A stretch of DNA of 59,857 bases, filler included, from Sluysia triapertura (lineage: Eukaryota): assembly GCA_046118255.1 (NCBI GenBank). It is 4 parts of 4 records of this genome, joined end to end, with 100 filler letters (N's around TTAATTAATTAA, not from the genome) between each part and the next. Parts side by side here need not be neighbours in the genome. Positions count along the whole stretch, not along the records: positions 31,163 to 48,294 come from JBJNIA010192273.1; positions 48,395 to 59,857 come from JBJNIA010184468.1; 2 more parts are not named here. One strand, 5' to 3'. The translations under genes and the position numbers were made by a program. Positions 37,969-50,140 of the stretch are shown here, one piece after another. The stretch's first letter is position 1, and each line of letters opens with the position of its first letter. The notes below the pieces were generated by a model. That model saw nothing but the letters and a program-made list of their open reading frames with translations, did not search any database and was not told the origin of the DNA.

Positions 37969-38460
37969 GGGGGACACCTGTCAACAAGTAAAATATTATC
38001 TAGAGTTAAAAATAATATTATTGGGATAATATGGAGAAGACATTCAAAAGTGTTGAAAAATTGTACTACTTGTAGAAGAAAAATACAGGAATTAAAACAA
38101 AAGTACCACTAAAACCAATGTCTATACCATTTTCACCAATGAAATTTACTGCAATGGATATAATGGGACCATTGCCAGAAACTTTAAATGGAAATAAATA
38201 TATAATATTAGTTGCTGATTATTTAACGAAATGGCCTGATACCAAATAAGAAAGCCGAAACTGTAGCGCAAATTCTAGCAGAAAAAATAATATACAGATA
38301 CGGAACTCCAAGAAAACCACTAACAGATCAAGGAACTAACTTTACTAGTGACGTAACAAAATCGGTTACAAAAATATTCAACATTTTAAAGATATTTACG
38401 TGACCATATCATCCTCAAACAGATGAATTAGTGGAACGATTTAATAGAACATTAATAAAT
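37969..38460 (+). mobile_element. Ty3/gypsy integrase fragment (HHCC zinc region plus rve core), frameshifted
   Basis: GGHLS, YYWDNM, CTTC, TAMDIMGPLPETLNGNKYIILVADYLTKWP, RYGTPRKPLTDQGTNFTS, PYHPQTDELVERFNRTL. Confidence 0.95.
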
Positions 38461-39468
38461 AGTTCAATTACAAATGTAGATTAATTATAGTACATTAATA
38501 AATGTAACCCTATTATTTTAAGTGAATAATGCTAAATTGTTAAAAAATGAAACTAAATTTATTTATGATCATTCATTTTCGTAATTTTGTAAGGAAAACT
38601 AATTTTATGCAATTTATTTATATAAAACATTATTACTGGTTGAGCTAAATCTTATCTTCTAATATCTTTTATTGCATGTGAGATAAACATGTTTAGTAAT
38701 TATATTGCTGTGAAATAAGAAATTAGAGCTGTGACAAAAATGATCCATATTCTATCTCACCGTCACTGCATTCTATAATCTTATCAAGTACAACATTTAC
38801 AATTTTCAAAATGTCCTTAGATGTCCATAAATAAATCAAATTATAGGTCTTTAAATTCTAATATAATTTTCAAGAAATCAATTTAATTCGCACATTATGG
38901 TGCGTGTACATGTTTTGTGTTACACACCCAAACAGGACTTAACTAAAGAACTTTTGCGGTGAAGGAAACCGAAAATTAGAATATATAGAGAAGTAAGTTG
39001 ACAAAAACATATCATGTGTTTAAGCTTTTAAGAATATAAACACAATGCTTTTATGTCAGGAGACTTAAAATATTTTGTCATATATTTAAAGAATAAAATT
39101 TTTATATTTATTACTTTAGTTTCAAATTTAAAAACCACTAGAAAGAAATATGTTCATTCTTGAATAGGCGAAGTCTGAACATTGATAAATAAAGTTTAAT
39201 TAACTCTATTTATTATTGTAACATTAAATTGAAAAATTAAGCAACTCTTACCCACAATTTTAATATATTACAAACACGACGTTTTATTATTTAATGTGTC
39301 ATAATTTGTGCCCAACATAAATCAAAATGCACAGAAAATGATTCGTGTTTATCAAAATCAAAAGATTAAATATAAAACAACTTTGCCAATTACAATAAAG
39401 TTAATCCAAACTTTAGAAGACCAGGAATGTTAATTATTGTTATATCATCTGCAAATTTATTATAATAG

Positions 39469-39869
39469 GAAATTTATTATAATTCCTATTATGGTTGATA
39501 ATTTATCATTTTTGAAAGAAATTTTGGTACCACATTTGCTCAACCAGCAAACCTTTTTGTTATTTCGTCAGACTTTTGTCATTGGGGAAACAGGTTTCGT
39601 TTTACTTACTATGATGAAAAATTCGCTGAGATATGGAAGTAGATTGAAAATCTCGATAAAATGGTAGTGGAAGGTGTTGAAACATTAAATCCGGAAAATT
39701 TCTCTAGCTACTATCAACTTCATCATCCTTTTAGTGTATTGTTGAATACACTTAATGCATTAATGAGTGGTATTGCATGAACCAAACGAATTCCAATGTA
39801 TCAATTAAAACTAGCTCGATGTGCCAAATCCGAACATTGTAAATCATTAATTATGCTTCGATCTTTTAA
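39469..39869 (+). pseudogene. MEMO1: MEMO1 pseudogene (C-terminal half)
   Basis: FIIIPIMV...[53 protein letters not shown] matches MEMO1 [21 protein letters not shown]...HPIGVLLN; two stops, frameshifts, and deletion of the NTICG motif. Confidence 0.92.
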
Positions 39870-42140
39870 TTGAATTGAAATAAAAGTTATGTTAAAAGAA
39901 TGTTTTGGTTTTAATACTCTTAAATCTTAATAATACGTAATAAAAAGTTGTATGTACGATGTTATATAGAATTTAAATAAATTCTTCTAATTAAAAAAGA
40001 TTTTTGTCTTAAAAAGATAAAATTTTAAAATTGATATCAAAGCATTAAATTATTTATGATATTAATAATATAAAAAAATGCAACTAAATAAAAAATCCTG
40101 AGGTGCCAGATGAGTAACTTAAATTTCTAATATCAAAAAATAGAAGCTTTATTTATGGATTTCGAAATTGAAATAGCTAATATAGTTCTAAGAATATCTC
40201 GATTTATACTGAGTTTATCAGAATAAGTGGAGAAGTTTGGGATTTGATAAATGCTTACAGATGATTTTTCAATTTTTAATAACACAAACTTAACAAATTA
40301 GAGTTGCAGTCAATTCAAAATGTTTTAAAATGAGTCAGACCTTTATCTATTTGGTACATAGCTGTGAATTACAAGAAGTATTATTGTGTCCTTAAGAGTT
40401 ATTCAATTGGAAACATATGTGATAACCTAATTTCGTTCGATTTTATACGATTTTTGTGACAAAATCTGGAGATTGAAAATTTAGTTTATAAGATTATGTA
40501 AATGAATATGGTTGTACTGCATCAGATAAAGGATGGAAAATTTCATTCCAGAAGTAATCGATGAGTAAAATAATGTGAACAAAAGTGATAACCAGAGCAT
40601 CAAAGCTGATTGTACCAAAATAATAAAAAATATTGCAAAATAATGAAAATTTCGAAAGTCAGTTTTCGTCTTGAGTTTGTACTAGATGTTAAGGAACAGT
40701 TTCACAAAAAACTTAGCACACATTTGGTATTTTGAGGTCCCTCGCTGATGCCATGAAAAATGAAATTAAGATTATACTTAAATTTAGAAGATAAGTTTAC
40801 CTATTAAGAGAAAACTAAATAAAATGAAAAAGAGAATTTGCAATTTAAGGTATTAAATGCCATGATGACTCCATTTGAAACCAACGATGAAGGTGGTTAC
40901 TGTCTGCCTTATATAATTTACAGTAAAGTAGCGTTTTTATCATTCGGTGATCGTAGATAAATCTAATTCACATTTTTCTGTTCGACTATTTTATTTAACA
41001 ATTGAAGTAGGGAATAAACGGTTAAACTTTTAGCAATGAATTTTACCTGTTATAAGCATTTTTTGAATACTTATATATTTTTAATTTTTTAAAATTATTT
41101 TCAACATGGTGTTATATTTACATTTATATTACGTTTATTGCTGCTATCCAATGTACTTCGTATTTTGATCATTTGTAAGTAAAGAAATTTAAAATAAAAT
41201 TTATCACTTAAACTTCTACCATCATAGACATGATAGGAGCTGACCGCCACAATAAAAAGGCCAATCATAAACTGGCTCAACTAATAGAATTATCTGTGGA
41301 ATTTAAAGTAAAACGTTAATATATTGTGATAATTCAAAAAATTTAATATATCCTAGTAATCACTATATTGTAATACAATAAAGCAAATAATGTTTTATAA
41401 CATTATTATTGTTCATTATTATTAACGATTTTTCTTTTATAACTTTTATTATCATTACTTATAATTATAATTTATACAATTAACTCGCTAATATTACTGC
41501 CATTAAAATTTTATACTATATTTAATTATTATAAATAATAATACAAAAGTAATAATTATTATAATTTAAAACAAAGCGTTTGTTAATTAACTATATAAAA
41601 ATTATTTGCATCACTTAACAAAAATTTAATAAATTTATATAACAGTGTTTATTTTGAATATTTCGTTACAACAAATTTTTAAATTCGGACTCTAAATTAT
41701 GTTAAATAAATTTTCGTTGCTAAAAATCTGATAATTTCAAGAGAAATTAATTTAATTATTATTTAGAATACTTTTTTATCAAAATATAAAACAATACATT
41801 TATAATCATAATTAATATATAATAAAATATAATTGGGCAGTTTAATTTGATAAAAGGTGTGGTCTTTTTAAAATAATTAAAATAAAAATAGTGTGGAATA
41901 TAGTATATTATAAGAAAATAGATTTATTGCTGCTGAAATGTGAAATTAAATGAATTATTTTACGAGCTTCATTCAAGTCTTAAGGAAGGAGAAAGTCAGA
42001 CTAATAATATTTAAAAACAATGAAAAATAATGTTTTCTTATAAATACTAAAATAGAAAATATATTGTTTTTTAAGTTTTATAATTTTTGGTTTGTGATAC
42101 TTATAAAATATTGTTTCATTTTAATGAAATATTTAAAATA

Positions 42141-42316
42141 CACCTATCTTTACTTTAACATGTTTTATTCACGTTTTCGCTTTTACACGGTTCAAAAAAA
42201 TTGAAAATTTAATATTGAAAATTTGTTCCTTTTGATTATAGACAATTTATTTTCAAATTTAATTTTAAATTTTTTTTGAATCGCGTAAAAAAGTCTTTTA
42301 AAACGAGGGAAAGATG
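42141..42316. mobile_element. Palindromic TA-flanked MITE
   Basis: TTTTACACGGTTCAAAAAAATTGAAAATT pairs with AATTTTAAATTTTTTTTGAATCGCGTAAAA; whole element folds back; TA at both ends. Confidence 0.65.
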
Positions 42317-44899
42317 TATTTACAAAAGTAAGTTTCCATGTACCGAGTCAAAGTACAGTACTTTGTTCTTAATGTAAGGTAAAACAACATCCATGTTTTA
42401 TTTTAAGGAGATATTAAAATTGTTTAAAATTATCCTAGTTATTATGAAATTAAATAACGAATATTTAAATCATACAGTTAGTAAAATTTAATAAAAGTTG
42501 TTTGTGATTATTGAAATTTAATATTCAATTCTCAACACAACATTCTTTTATATTTATTAATCAAAACTTGAGCTATTTCACAGTTTTATTTTAGCAAATA
42601 TCACATGACTCTATTCGAATTATCAACAATTAAATTATTAGCAATAAAAATCATTCTTAATTAATTTAACTCCTTAATTATCAAAATTATTCGTAAACTT
42701 TTATCTAGTTCCTATAATACCAATTAAATCATATTGCGTCTTTTAAATAATTTAAATTATATCATTAACATCTTTAAATTCAAAATTAGATTTAACCTGA
42801 ATTATATTTTCTTTGTCACAATAATAACAATTTATCAACTATCACAATAAATTTAAATTAACACAATGAATAACAATTTTCACGATTGTAAATCATAAAT
42901 CAAGTAACAGTTAATTAACAATTACCTTTATTGAGCATTAATAAGAAAAATTACACAATTAAGAAATTTAATCAAGGGTGACCGAACTAAAACTGTAGTA
43001 TCCCAAAAATTCAATGAAAAATGCAATGTAAAACGAAGTAGTAACATACTATTATCCTCAATAATATAACTCGAATCTAAACATAAATCTGAACAATAAT
43101 GCAATTTGGTTATGAAATTAACACAACATACGGCAAAATAAAATTGAGTAGTAAATGGACTATAAATTGACAACGTTAATGTGAAGTTTAATGTTTAATT
43201 CTTTAATAATTATTCTTGTTTTTTTGCAACCGTTAGAAGGTCTTATGCTTTAAAGCTTAATCTACAATTTCAAATAATCCAATCCACAACTTTATCTCAA
43301 ATCTGCTTCAATCCTTATATTTGTAAACTTAACTAAAATCACTTCGATTATAATTTAAAGAGTTTATCGAGGTTTATCAAATACTTCACTAGTGAAATTA
43401 GTAATAAAAAAACAAAAATTCAAAATTCTATTAAATATTGTAGAAATTCGATCATAATATAGAGAAAGACTAAAGTAATGATATAAATATACAATGAAAA
43501 AAGTTGATATTGCGCATTTAAAATCTTTTCACTTCTTTAATTTTAAATATTGTAATTTTAAATATAGATTGTTTTCCTCATTAAATCGGGGTAGGGAAAT
43601 AAATTAAATAAGCGCTTAAGTAAGATTTTAATATTTCGATACATAGGATCGAAACCGTCTTATAAAAAATAACGTACTAAAGAATTAATGGAAATTGAAA
43701 CTTAACACCAAACGATCGCTAAATTTTTACTAACTAGGAATTAAAATCGAATAGCGTCAAATTAAATTATTGACTATAAACCACAATATGGCGTCAATAA
43801 AAATGGTAATGTGAGCTCAATGGTGCATAATAAATTATCTGATAAATTAAATTGTGAAGTGAAGTTAGAGATGAAAATTGAGAGAAAATTTTAGAATTTT
43901 CGATTTCTTTTTTAGTAAGTAGTATTTTCTTTTTTCGAAAATTATTTGTTTTTTGGATAATAATTTTCTTTTATTATTTTACATGATTTCTGCTATGATA
44001 TTTGCTAATTTTAGAGGGTCATGATGACAACCTAACAGAAGCTGAAAAATTAAAATAAAGTAATATGATGAACTGCAATGGTAAAATAAGCATATAAAAT
44101 ACATGATTTAAAACAAAATAATGAGAAATATGAAGAAATAATTCTTTACAAGGTTTTAATTATTAAAATGTTAAAGTATATTTGTTAATTAACGTAATTA
44201 AAATTATTTTAATTAGATAAGTCAATAAAAATGTGTGCTCATGATACAGTGATATTGTATTTAGTATATAATATTGAGTTTTATTAGTATTTTTAATGAT
44301 GAAGTATTGCGAAGTACATCAACGTACATAACCAAAAAAAGCTATTTTAATTAATTTTTATAATTAAAGTTAAATATATTCCGATATCTAAGTATTAATA
44401 AAGTATATATCAAATTGATGCTTATAAAGATACTAATTCAAATATGTTATTGAACTTGAAGTGTAACGAACGGTTGAGGCACAACGTATCATGTAAAGGA
44501 CTCCTATGAGAAATAAATTTATCTTAATTTTATCTTTAAATTAACTTGACAAATTACGTTCTTAATATAATAACAACATAATAACGATTTTAAATTTTAA
44601 TTAGATGATAAGGGGATTATTTACCATAAATCCCATTATCTTTAGATAATTAAAATTATTGTTATAATCGATGGTTATTTAATTTCATAAATCTCGAGTT
44701 TAAATTTGTGTAATATTTATTAATTACGTTAGTGAAATTATTTATTTTTACTTTGGTAGTAAACATACTAATTATGAATATTTCGTAATTACTCTTTAAA
44801 TAAATTTTTATTTTTTTATTATCATGGTAGATATAAAAATCAACGCAAAAAAACTTTATTTAAGTGTGAATTTAAATTTTTACCAAAGTTTATTGTGTT

Positions 44900-45800
44900 C
44901 TAAATATAGCTTGCCATCTGTTTTATTTGTTTCCTAAATATTTGAAAATAAGATAAATAAAGGAATTGAAAAATCATAGTGTTATAAAGTAAAAAAGCGT
45001 TAATTACTTTAATATTACGATCGTTATTGTGATGAATTGGATTTGAAGTCAATTCACTTATCAAATTGTGAATTATATTAAGGTGACCGAATGAATTTGA
45101 ACCCAAGCCAAAATTGATTTTTAATTCGGCAACATTATGTGCGTACATAGGTTACTTTTCATATCTGGAATATATAAGGGCAAATAACGGTTTTAAAATA
45201 AAAAAGAATGTTCGTTATTTAGTAGAACAACTTTATATGTTTGAAGTTTCATTATTCTTGTGGATGGTGTTGACAACTTGACTATATTGTTCGTTCTAAC
45301 ACTATCGATGTCTACTATAAATTCGTATATCCTTCTAATATCTTTATGATGAAGACAGAAATGTCCAGATTGTTGTCAGTTACTGATGATTAATAAACGA
45401 AATTTTTGATTAACAACATTTGGTGCAAATACATTTGTTCAGAAGCACGGAGTTTTTTGATTTAACATTAAAGATACTAAAACTATTATGCGAATTAGTA
45501 CTTCTTTCGATAAAATATGTTATTCCTTTTTCTTTAACAATCTCATAGAGAGGATGAACCTCTTGCTTTTTCTTGCACGTACGTATTCCTTGTATGGCAA
45601 ACGCAAACATTAATTCTTTATCCTTTAGATGATTATTGACGTGAATTAAATGTGAATCATAAGTTGTAGTATCTCGATTTAATCTAATGTCTAAATAGGA
45701 AAAATCTAAATAGTTTAATTATTGATACATGATATTCAGATAATCATTTATTTTAATAGGCAACGTTCGTTGACCACAATTACCCTATATCATAAAATTA
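44900..45800 (-). pseudogene. Decayed paralogue of the 10.0-10.9 kb CCCH gene
   Basis: YFKTVICPY (45200-45174), frameshift, MYAHNVAEL (45148) versus RIRTALCPY...VYAHAVNQL; GHFCLHHK versus GHSMFHK; similar position downstream of the homologous hairpin. Confidence 0.6.
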
Positions 45801-46064
45801 TTTTTTATAAGTCATGCAATTGCCATTTTTGATCATAATTCAACATCGAGTGGCTGCATTGTATTCGTTCAAAAATTGTTCATATTGTTCAAATTGTAAA
45901 ATTGTTCATATTTTTGTTAGACTGTAATAATTGCTTTTTCATTTGCATTACCTTGTCCAGCAAAATTTAGTAATAATAATATTGTGGCTACCTCTCCATG
46001 TAAACCATATAAGAAAATTTATTATTTTTTACCAATTATTGCTGATATTTGCTCTATATCTGAG

Positions 46065-46258
46065 TGGCTGCCCAATGAAAACGCTTATAGTTGATGTTGT
46101 AAATAGTCTTAATTGGGCAGTCATCCAAACACTGTAAAACACACAATAACGGCATTAGAAATAAGTAAAATTAAAATGAGTAAGCCACTATCAATGATGA
46201 CAAGAATTCATACATAGAAACCAATAGTGTCGCCATTGTGATAGTGGTAATTACTGGT
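46065..46258 (-). ncRNA. Second copy of the hairpin pair
   Basis: 46182-46258 is the reverse complement homologue of 9299-9373; second hairpin TGGCTGCCCAAT (46065) / ATTGGGCAGTCA (46112). Confidence 0.5.
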
Positions 46259-47916
46259 TAATATAATTATTAAAGTACCAGACTAATGAAAAATAAAAAT
46301 GGTTATAATTATAATAATAGAAATACTGTTATTATTATTATTATTTTTATCTTCTCAACATATTTTAAAGTTCTTAATTTAGTTGGCGTTCCTTTTTATT
46401 TCTTTATTTTAAATTGGTTATATAATGTGATCTTACTATTTGAATTTTTTTGATAAGTTTTAAATGTATATTTGGTGGTTCTGAATAAGATAAAGTTTGG
46501 ATGTTAAAAACTATGAATAAAAATGTTTTGCGATATGAAAAATGATTTTTGTTAATCTGAAAGAGATAAATTATAGCAAGGGTTTATATACATTCTGAAA
46601 GTAGTTGTGATATGTTGACAAATGTACTTATGATCGTGCTGTTATGTAATTATGAATAAACTGTTTTAAAATTAATTTTTGTAGATCCTTGATGATTTTT
46701 GGTATTAGATGAAAATTGATGTTACGAAATTTATGTCTACAATGTTTAAGGTTGTCATGGATTATGAATGGTTGTAAATTATTGAGTTGGCCACCACAAA
46801 AATGATAATGAAGTTGAACATGAACGGAAATTGCTGTCGAAATTCAATCAGTAAAATTCGTCGGCTTATTACCGACTAAAAGAGTGCAGGGAGCATTAAT
46901 TTCTGCTTGTTCAATTTCTTATTTTTAATTTCCAAAATCATCATAAAACTGTCACACAAACAATTACATTTTTGCAAAAAATTAGAAGTAAAAACGACAG
47001 AGACAAGAGTTAGAATCAATATAACAAAACATTCTAGCTGTTGATACATTGCTTCAGTTAATCAGTTGATAACGGTGAAATTGCAATCGGCTAAAATAAA
47101 CCATTTTTATAAAATAGGAATAAGAGTTAGTAACCTATTTATTATTGATTGTATTTTGTATTAATACGTGCGCCCAAATTTATCTTGGGTAACTTGTGTC
47201 ACTCCTGGTTGTGATTTGTTATTAAAGAATAATTTGTATTGTTATTGTTATAAAGAATATATGTTGTAATCTTGTGATAATATAAAAAATTATATCGAGA
47301 TTTTGAATTTATTTAATTATTTAGTTTTAATTGATAATTTAAAAAAGCACTAAAGACACTATAATGGCCGTTGAGCGTTATTTCTATTAATATTAATTAA
47401 ATTGTAAAAATTCAAAAGGATACTGTGCAGATTTTGTGTAAAAATCCATAAGTTAATTTCATAAACTGGTAAAACTTTTTCGTCAATTTTAAAATTTTTA
47501 TCAATAACTCTAACTTGAAAAATTTTAAACATTTTTTAAATAAATATAAGTGACATATGCAAAACAATCTTTAAAAATTAAAACTTATCTTCAAAACGCA
47601 AAAATCATATACATAAATCATATACACAAATTATACATTTTTCCCTCAAGACGAACAAATTATATACATAAATTGCAAATATAAATTATAAATTTTCTGA
47701 TATACATTATTTTGACCAACTTGTAACAAAAATGGTAGCTTAAAGAGGTTTTACAAAGAGTCCGTTCAACGTTTTTTAAATATAATTTTGTCAGTTTCTG
47801 AGCAGAAACCACGGCGAGGAACTGCATGGATTATGACATTTAATATAAATCACAAGCTGCCTGCTTGGTTTAGATGATCAAAGACACTATGCTGCCAAAG
47901 TGATTTATTCAGTGTT

Positions 47917-48090
47917 TCAATCTCTTCCAACTGTGTGGGTCTCTTTGGGCCTGTCGATGCGATACACAAACTGTGCAGGCATGAAGTAGCCCAGGTACTC
48001 CACGCTGTCAGGGGTGGTGTCTATGTAGTAGTGGCCTCCTTCTCCGTGGTGGCTGAAGCAGTGGGTGTGCTCCATGCGCAGGTCCAGGCC
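47917..48090 (-). CDS. C11orf54: Terminal exon of ester hydrolase C11orf54 (PTD012/DUF1907), vertebrate/teleost-like; probable foreign DNA
   Basis: cag|GLDLRMEHTHCFSHHGEGGHYYIDTTPDSVEYLGYFMPAQFVYRIDRPKETHTVGRD* with AATAAA just downstream; GC3-rich codons unlike the host innexin. Confidence 0.93.
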   Translation of the reverse strand, partial: GLDLRMEHTHCFSHHGEGGHYYIDTTPDSVEYLGYFMPAQFVYRIDRPKETHTVGRD

Positions 48091-48294
48091 CTGAGCATGT
48101 TACAAAGCAGCCTGCTTTTATTTCAAAAGTATGACAAACTGATAATAAAGCCAATTAGACCAAGATGTCACCTTCGCTAACCTCTACATAGGAATCTTAG
48201 CTCTGCTAACCCTAAACTGCTTAACAGATCCAAAAAAAAAAAAAAGGTGGAAACTAACATTCACCGCTATAACAAAATTCCTTCTTCACCAGAT

Positions 48295-48394
48295 NNNNNN
48301 NNNNNNNNNNNNNNNNNNNNNNNNNNNNNNNNNNNNNNTTAATTAATTAANNNNNNNNNNNNNNNNNNNNNNNNNNNNNNNNNNNNNNNNNNNN
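48295..48394. other. Artificial contig-join spacer
   Basis: 44 N + TTAATTAATTAA + 44 N. Confidence 0.97.
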
Positions 48395-49093
48395 GTGAAA
48401 CGCTGGCACAGTGAATCAAACCATATTTGCGAAATATTTATATTTAACATAGTAAAAATAAATGTATTAAGATTTTCTTATCATTATTTGTGCGATTATT
48501 ATATTAATAATACAATTCGATTGAAAAGTATTTACAATTTTATTAGAATCACTATTATAGAATATTTTAAATACGATAGACAATTTTATAATAATACATT
48601 TTACAATAAAATGAGTTATAATTTTAAATCTTATAAGATAAAAATATCCTTAAAGGATCGTGAAGGAATCCGTAGATACAATATCTTAGTTTATAAAATA
48701 TCAATACATATAATCGATAAAAGCGAATGCAACCTTTTTAAATCTTCGATTAACCACTACTGTCTTACTTTTCCCAATTCAACGTCCTCAAGGCTATCTT
48801 GTATTCCACATATAGACTTGCAATTCAGTTGGATATCCTTAAGATATCAACACTTACTACCTTGTTACCGATTAATTATTGTTTATGTCACACGTAAGTG
48901 TCATTCATTCTCTGACCTCCAAAATAATTTATACAACTTCAACCGTCTAGCCTTACATAATAACTCATTAAAAAATCGGTCTCTGACAAATCAACCTCTA
49001 AATGGATTCATCTATTCTAATGGCAAGACTATATATCTATTAGAGGACCTATTCTTTTACTTATCAAAATGTGTTTTAGATTGGTTACAATGA
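48395..49093 (+). CDS. Unknown ORF (232 codons open from the contig edge; first ATG at 48611)
   Basis: Long open frame in very AT-rich DNA; KISLKDREGIRRYNILVY resembles TLSTEDTKELQRYSIYLY at 19974-20027 (minus). Confidence 0.5.
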   Translation: MKRWHSESNHICEIFIFNIVKINVLRFSYHYLCDYYINNTIRLKSIYNFIRITIIEYFKYDRQFYNNTFYNKMSYNFKSYKIKISLKDREGIRRYNILVYKISIHIIDKSECNLFKSSINHYCLTFPNSTSSRLSCIPHIDLQFSWISLRYQHLLPCYRLIIVYVTRKCHSFSDLQNNLYNFNRLALHNNSLKNRSLTNQPLNGFIYSNGKTIYLLEDLFFYLSKCVLDWLQ

Positions 49094-49939
49094 TCTAATA
49101 ATTCTAGGTTTCAAATCTTTTCTAATTTTACTAATTAACATTAATTTTCCACAATAACAAATATTATTAGCAATTTTTATTCACTAACGATTAGATACAA
49201 AATTGTAATTACAATAAACACGAATAATATTATAGAATCGCGTCACATGAAATCAAATATAATATGCACTATAGAAATAAATAAAAAATAAGAAGTCTTT
49301 TATATAATAAAATATATTAAAATTAAGTAAATGTTTAACTCTCATCATATTGGGTTCAAATATTCTAAAAATGACTTTAAGTCTAGTTTAAGTTTTAGTT
49401 TCGAATATAATAGAACTAACTAATTTTAACTAATTTAAATTGAATTAATAAAATTCAAAATACCCAATACCCGTATGTGGTGTCCAGTCATCCATAAATT
49501 CACATCACATTCACCTACTTATATTTCATCAACATCATGACCTCAACATATTTTTATGCATACTATAATACCTACAATAAAATTATTAATATATACATAA
49601 ACTATAACGATTAATTATACTAGTACCATGGTTAGTTCGTTGAAATTTCCTCTCCCATTCACAATGACATCGCTCTGAACAACATTTTCAAAGAACGAAG
49701 GCAATTGAAGATGATTTTATAACTATGAAAAGAAATAATAAAACCGGAACAAAAAATAAGTCCAATGTTAGTCACGTGTCGTCGGAAAAACAAAAGAAAC
49801 GGTTATAAGTTATTGCAGATGAAGTTACCTTATACCATGGAGGAGCTTAACAATTGGATTAGTGTAATCAGAAAAGTTTCAAGAAATTAAATTAACAATA
49901 GGTCTTGATACTTAATGAATATATTAAACTTATAAATTA

Positions 49940-50140
49940 ATGAAATCTACGCAAGGTGTTGGTGCTGAAAATGTTTTTACAATCAAAGAAGTTAGAGAAC
50001 ATAATCTACCTGAATCAAGTTAGGTAGTTATTCATGCTGCTATAAAGTTTCTTGATGAATACTCTGTTGGTCAAGAGGTCTTATTTGAAAAATCTGGAAA
50101 TTATCCTACGGAAGCATTTAAAGACATTATTGTTATTTGA
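49940..50140 (+). pseudogene. CYB5: Cytochrome b5 heme-binding domain pseudogene
   Basis: VFTIKEVREHNLPESS*VVIH..KFLDEYSVGQEVLFEKSGNYPTEAFKDI versus [46 protein letters not shown]; W changed to stop and HPGG to YSVG. Confidence 0.85.

Noticed and set aside
40200-41300. Coding-like remnants (e.g. YCGGQLL, VYDG)
   Set aside because: Too degraded for any supportable family call
47935-48180. 81-aa + strand ORF
   Set aside because: Antisense shadow of the C11orf54 exon
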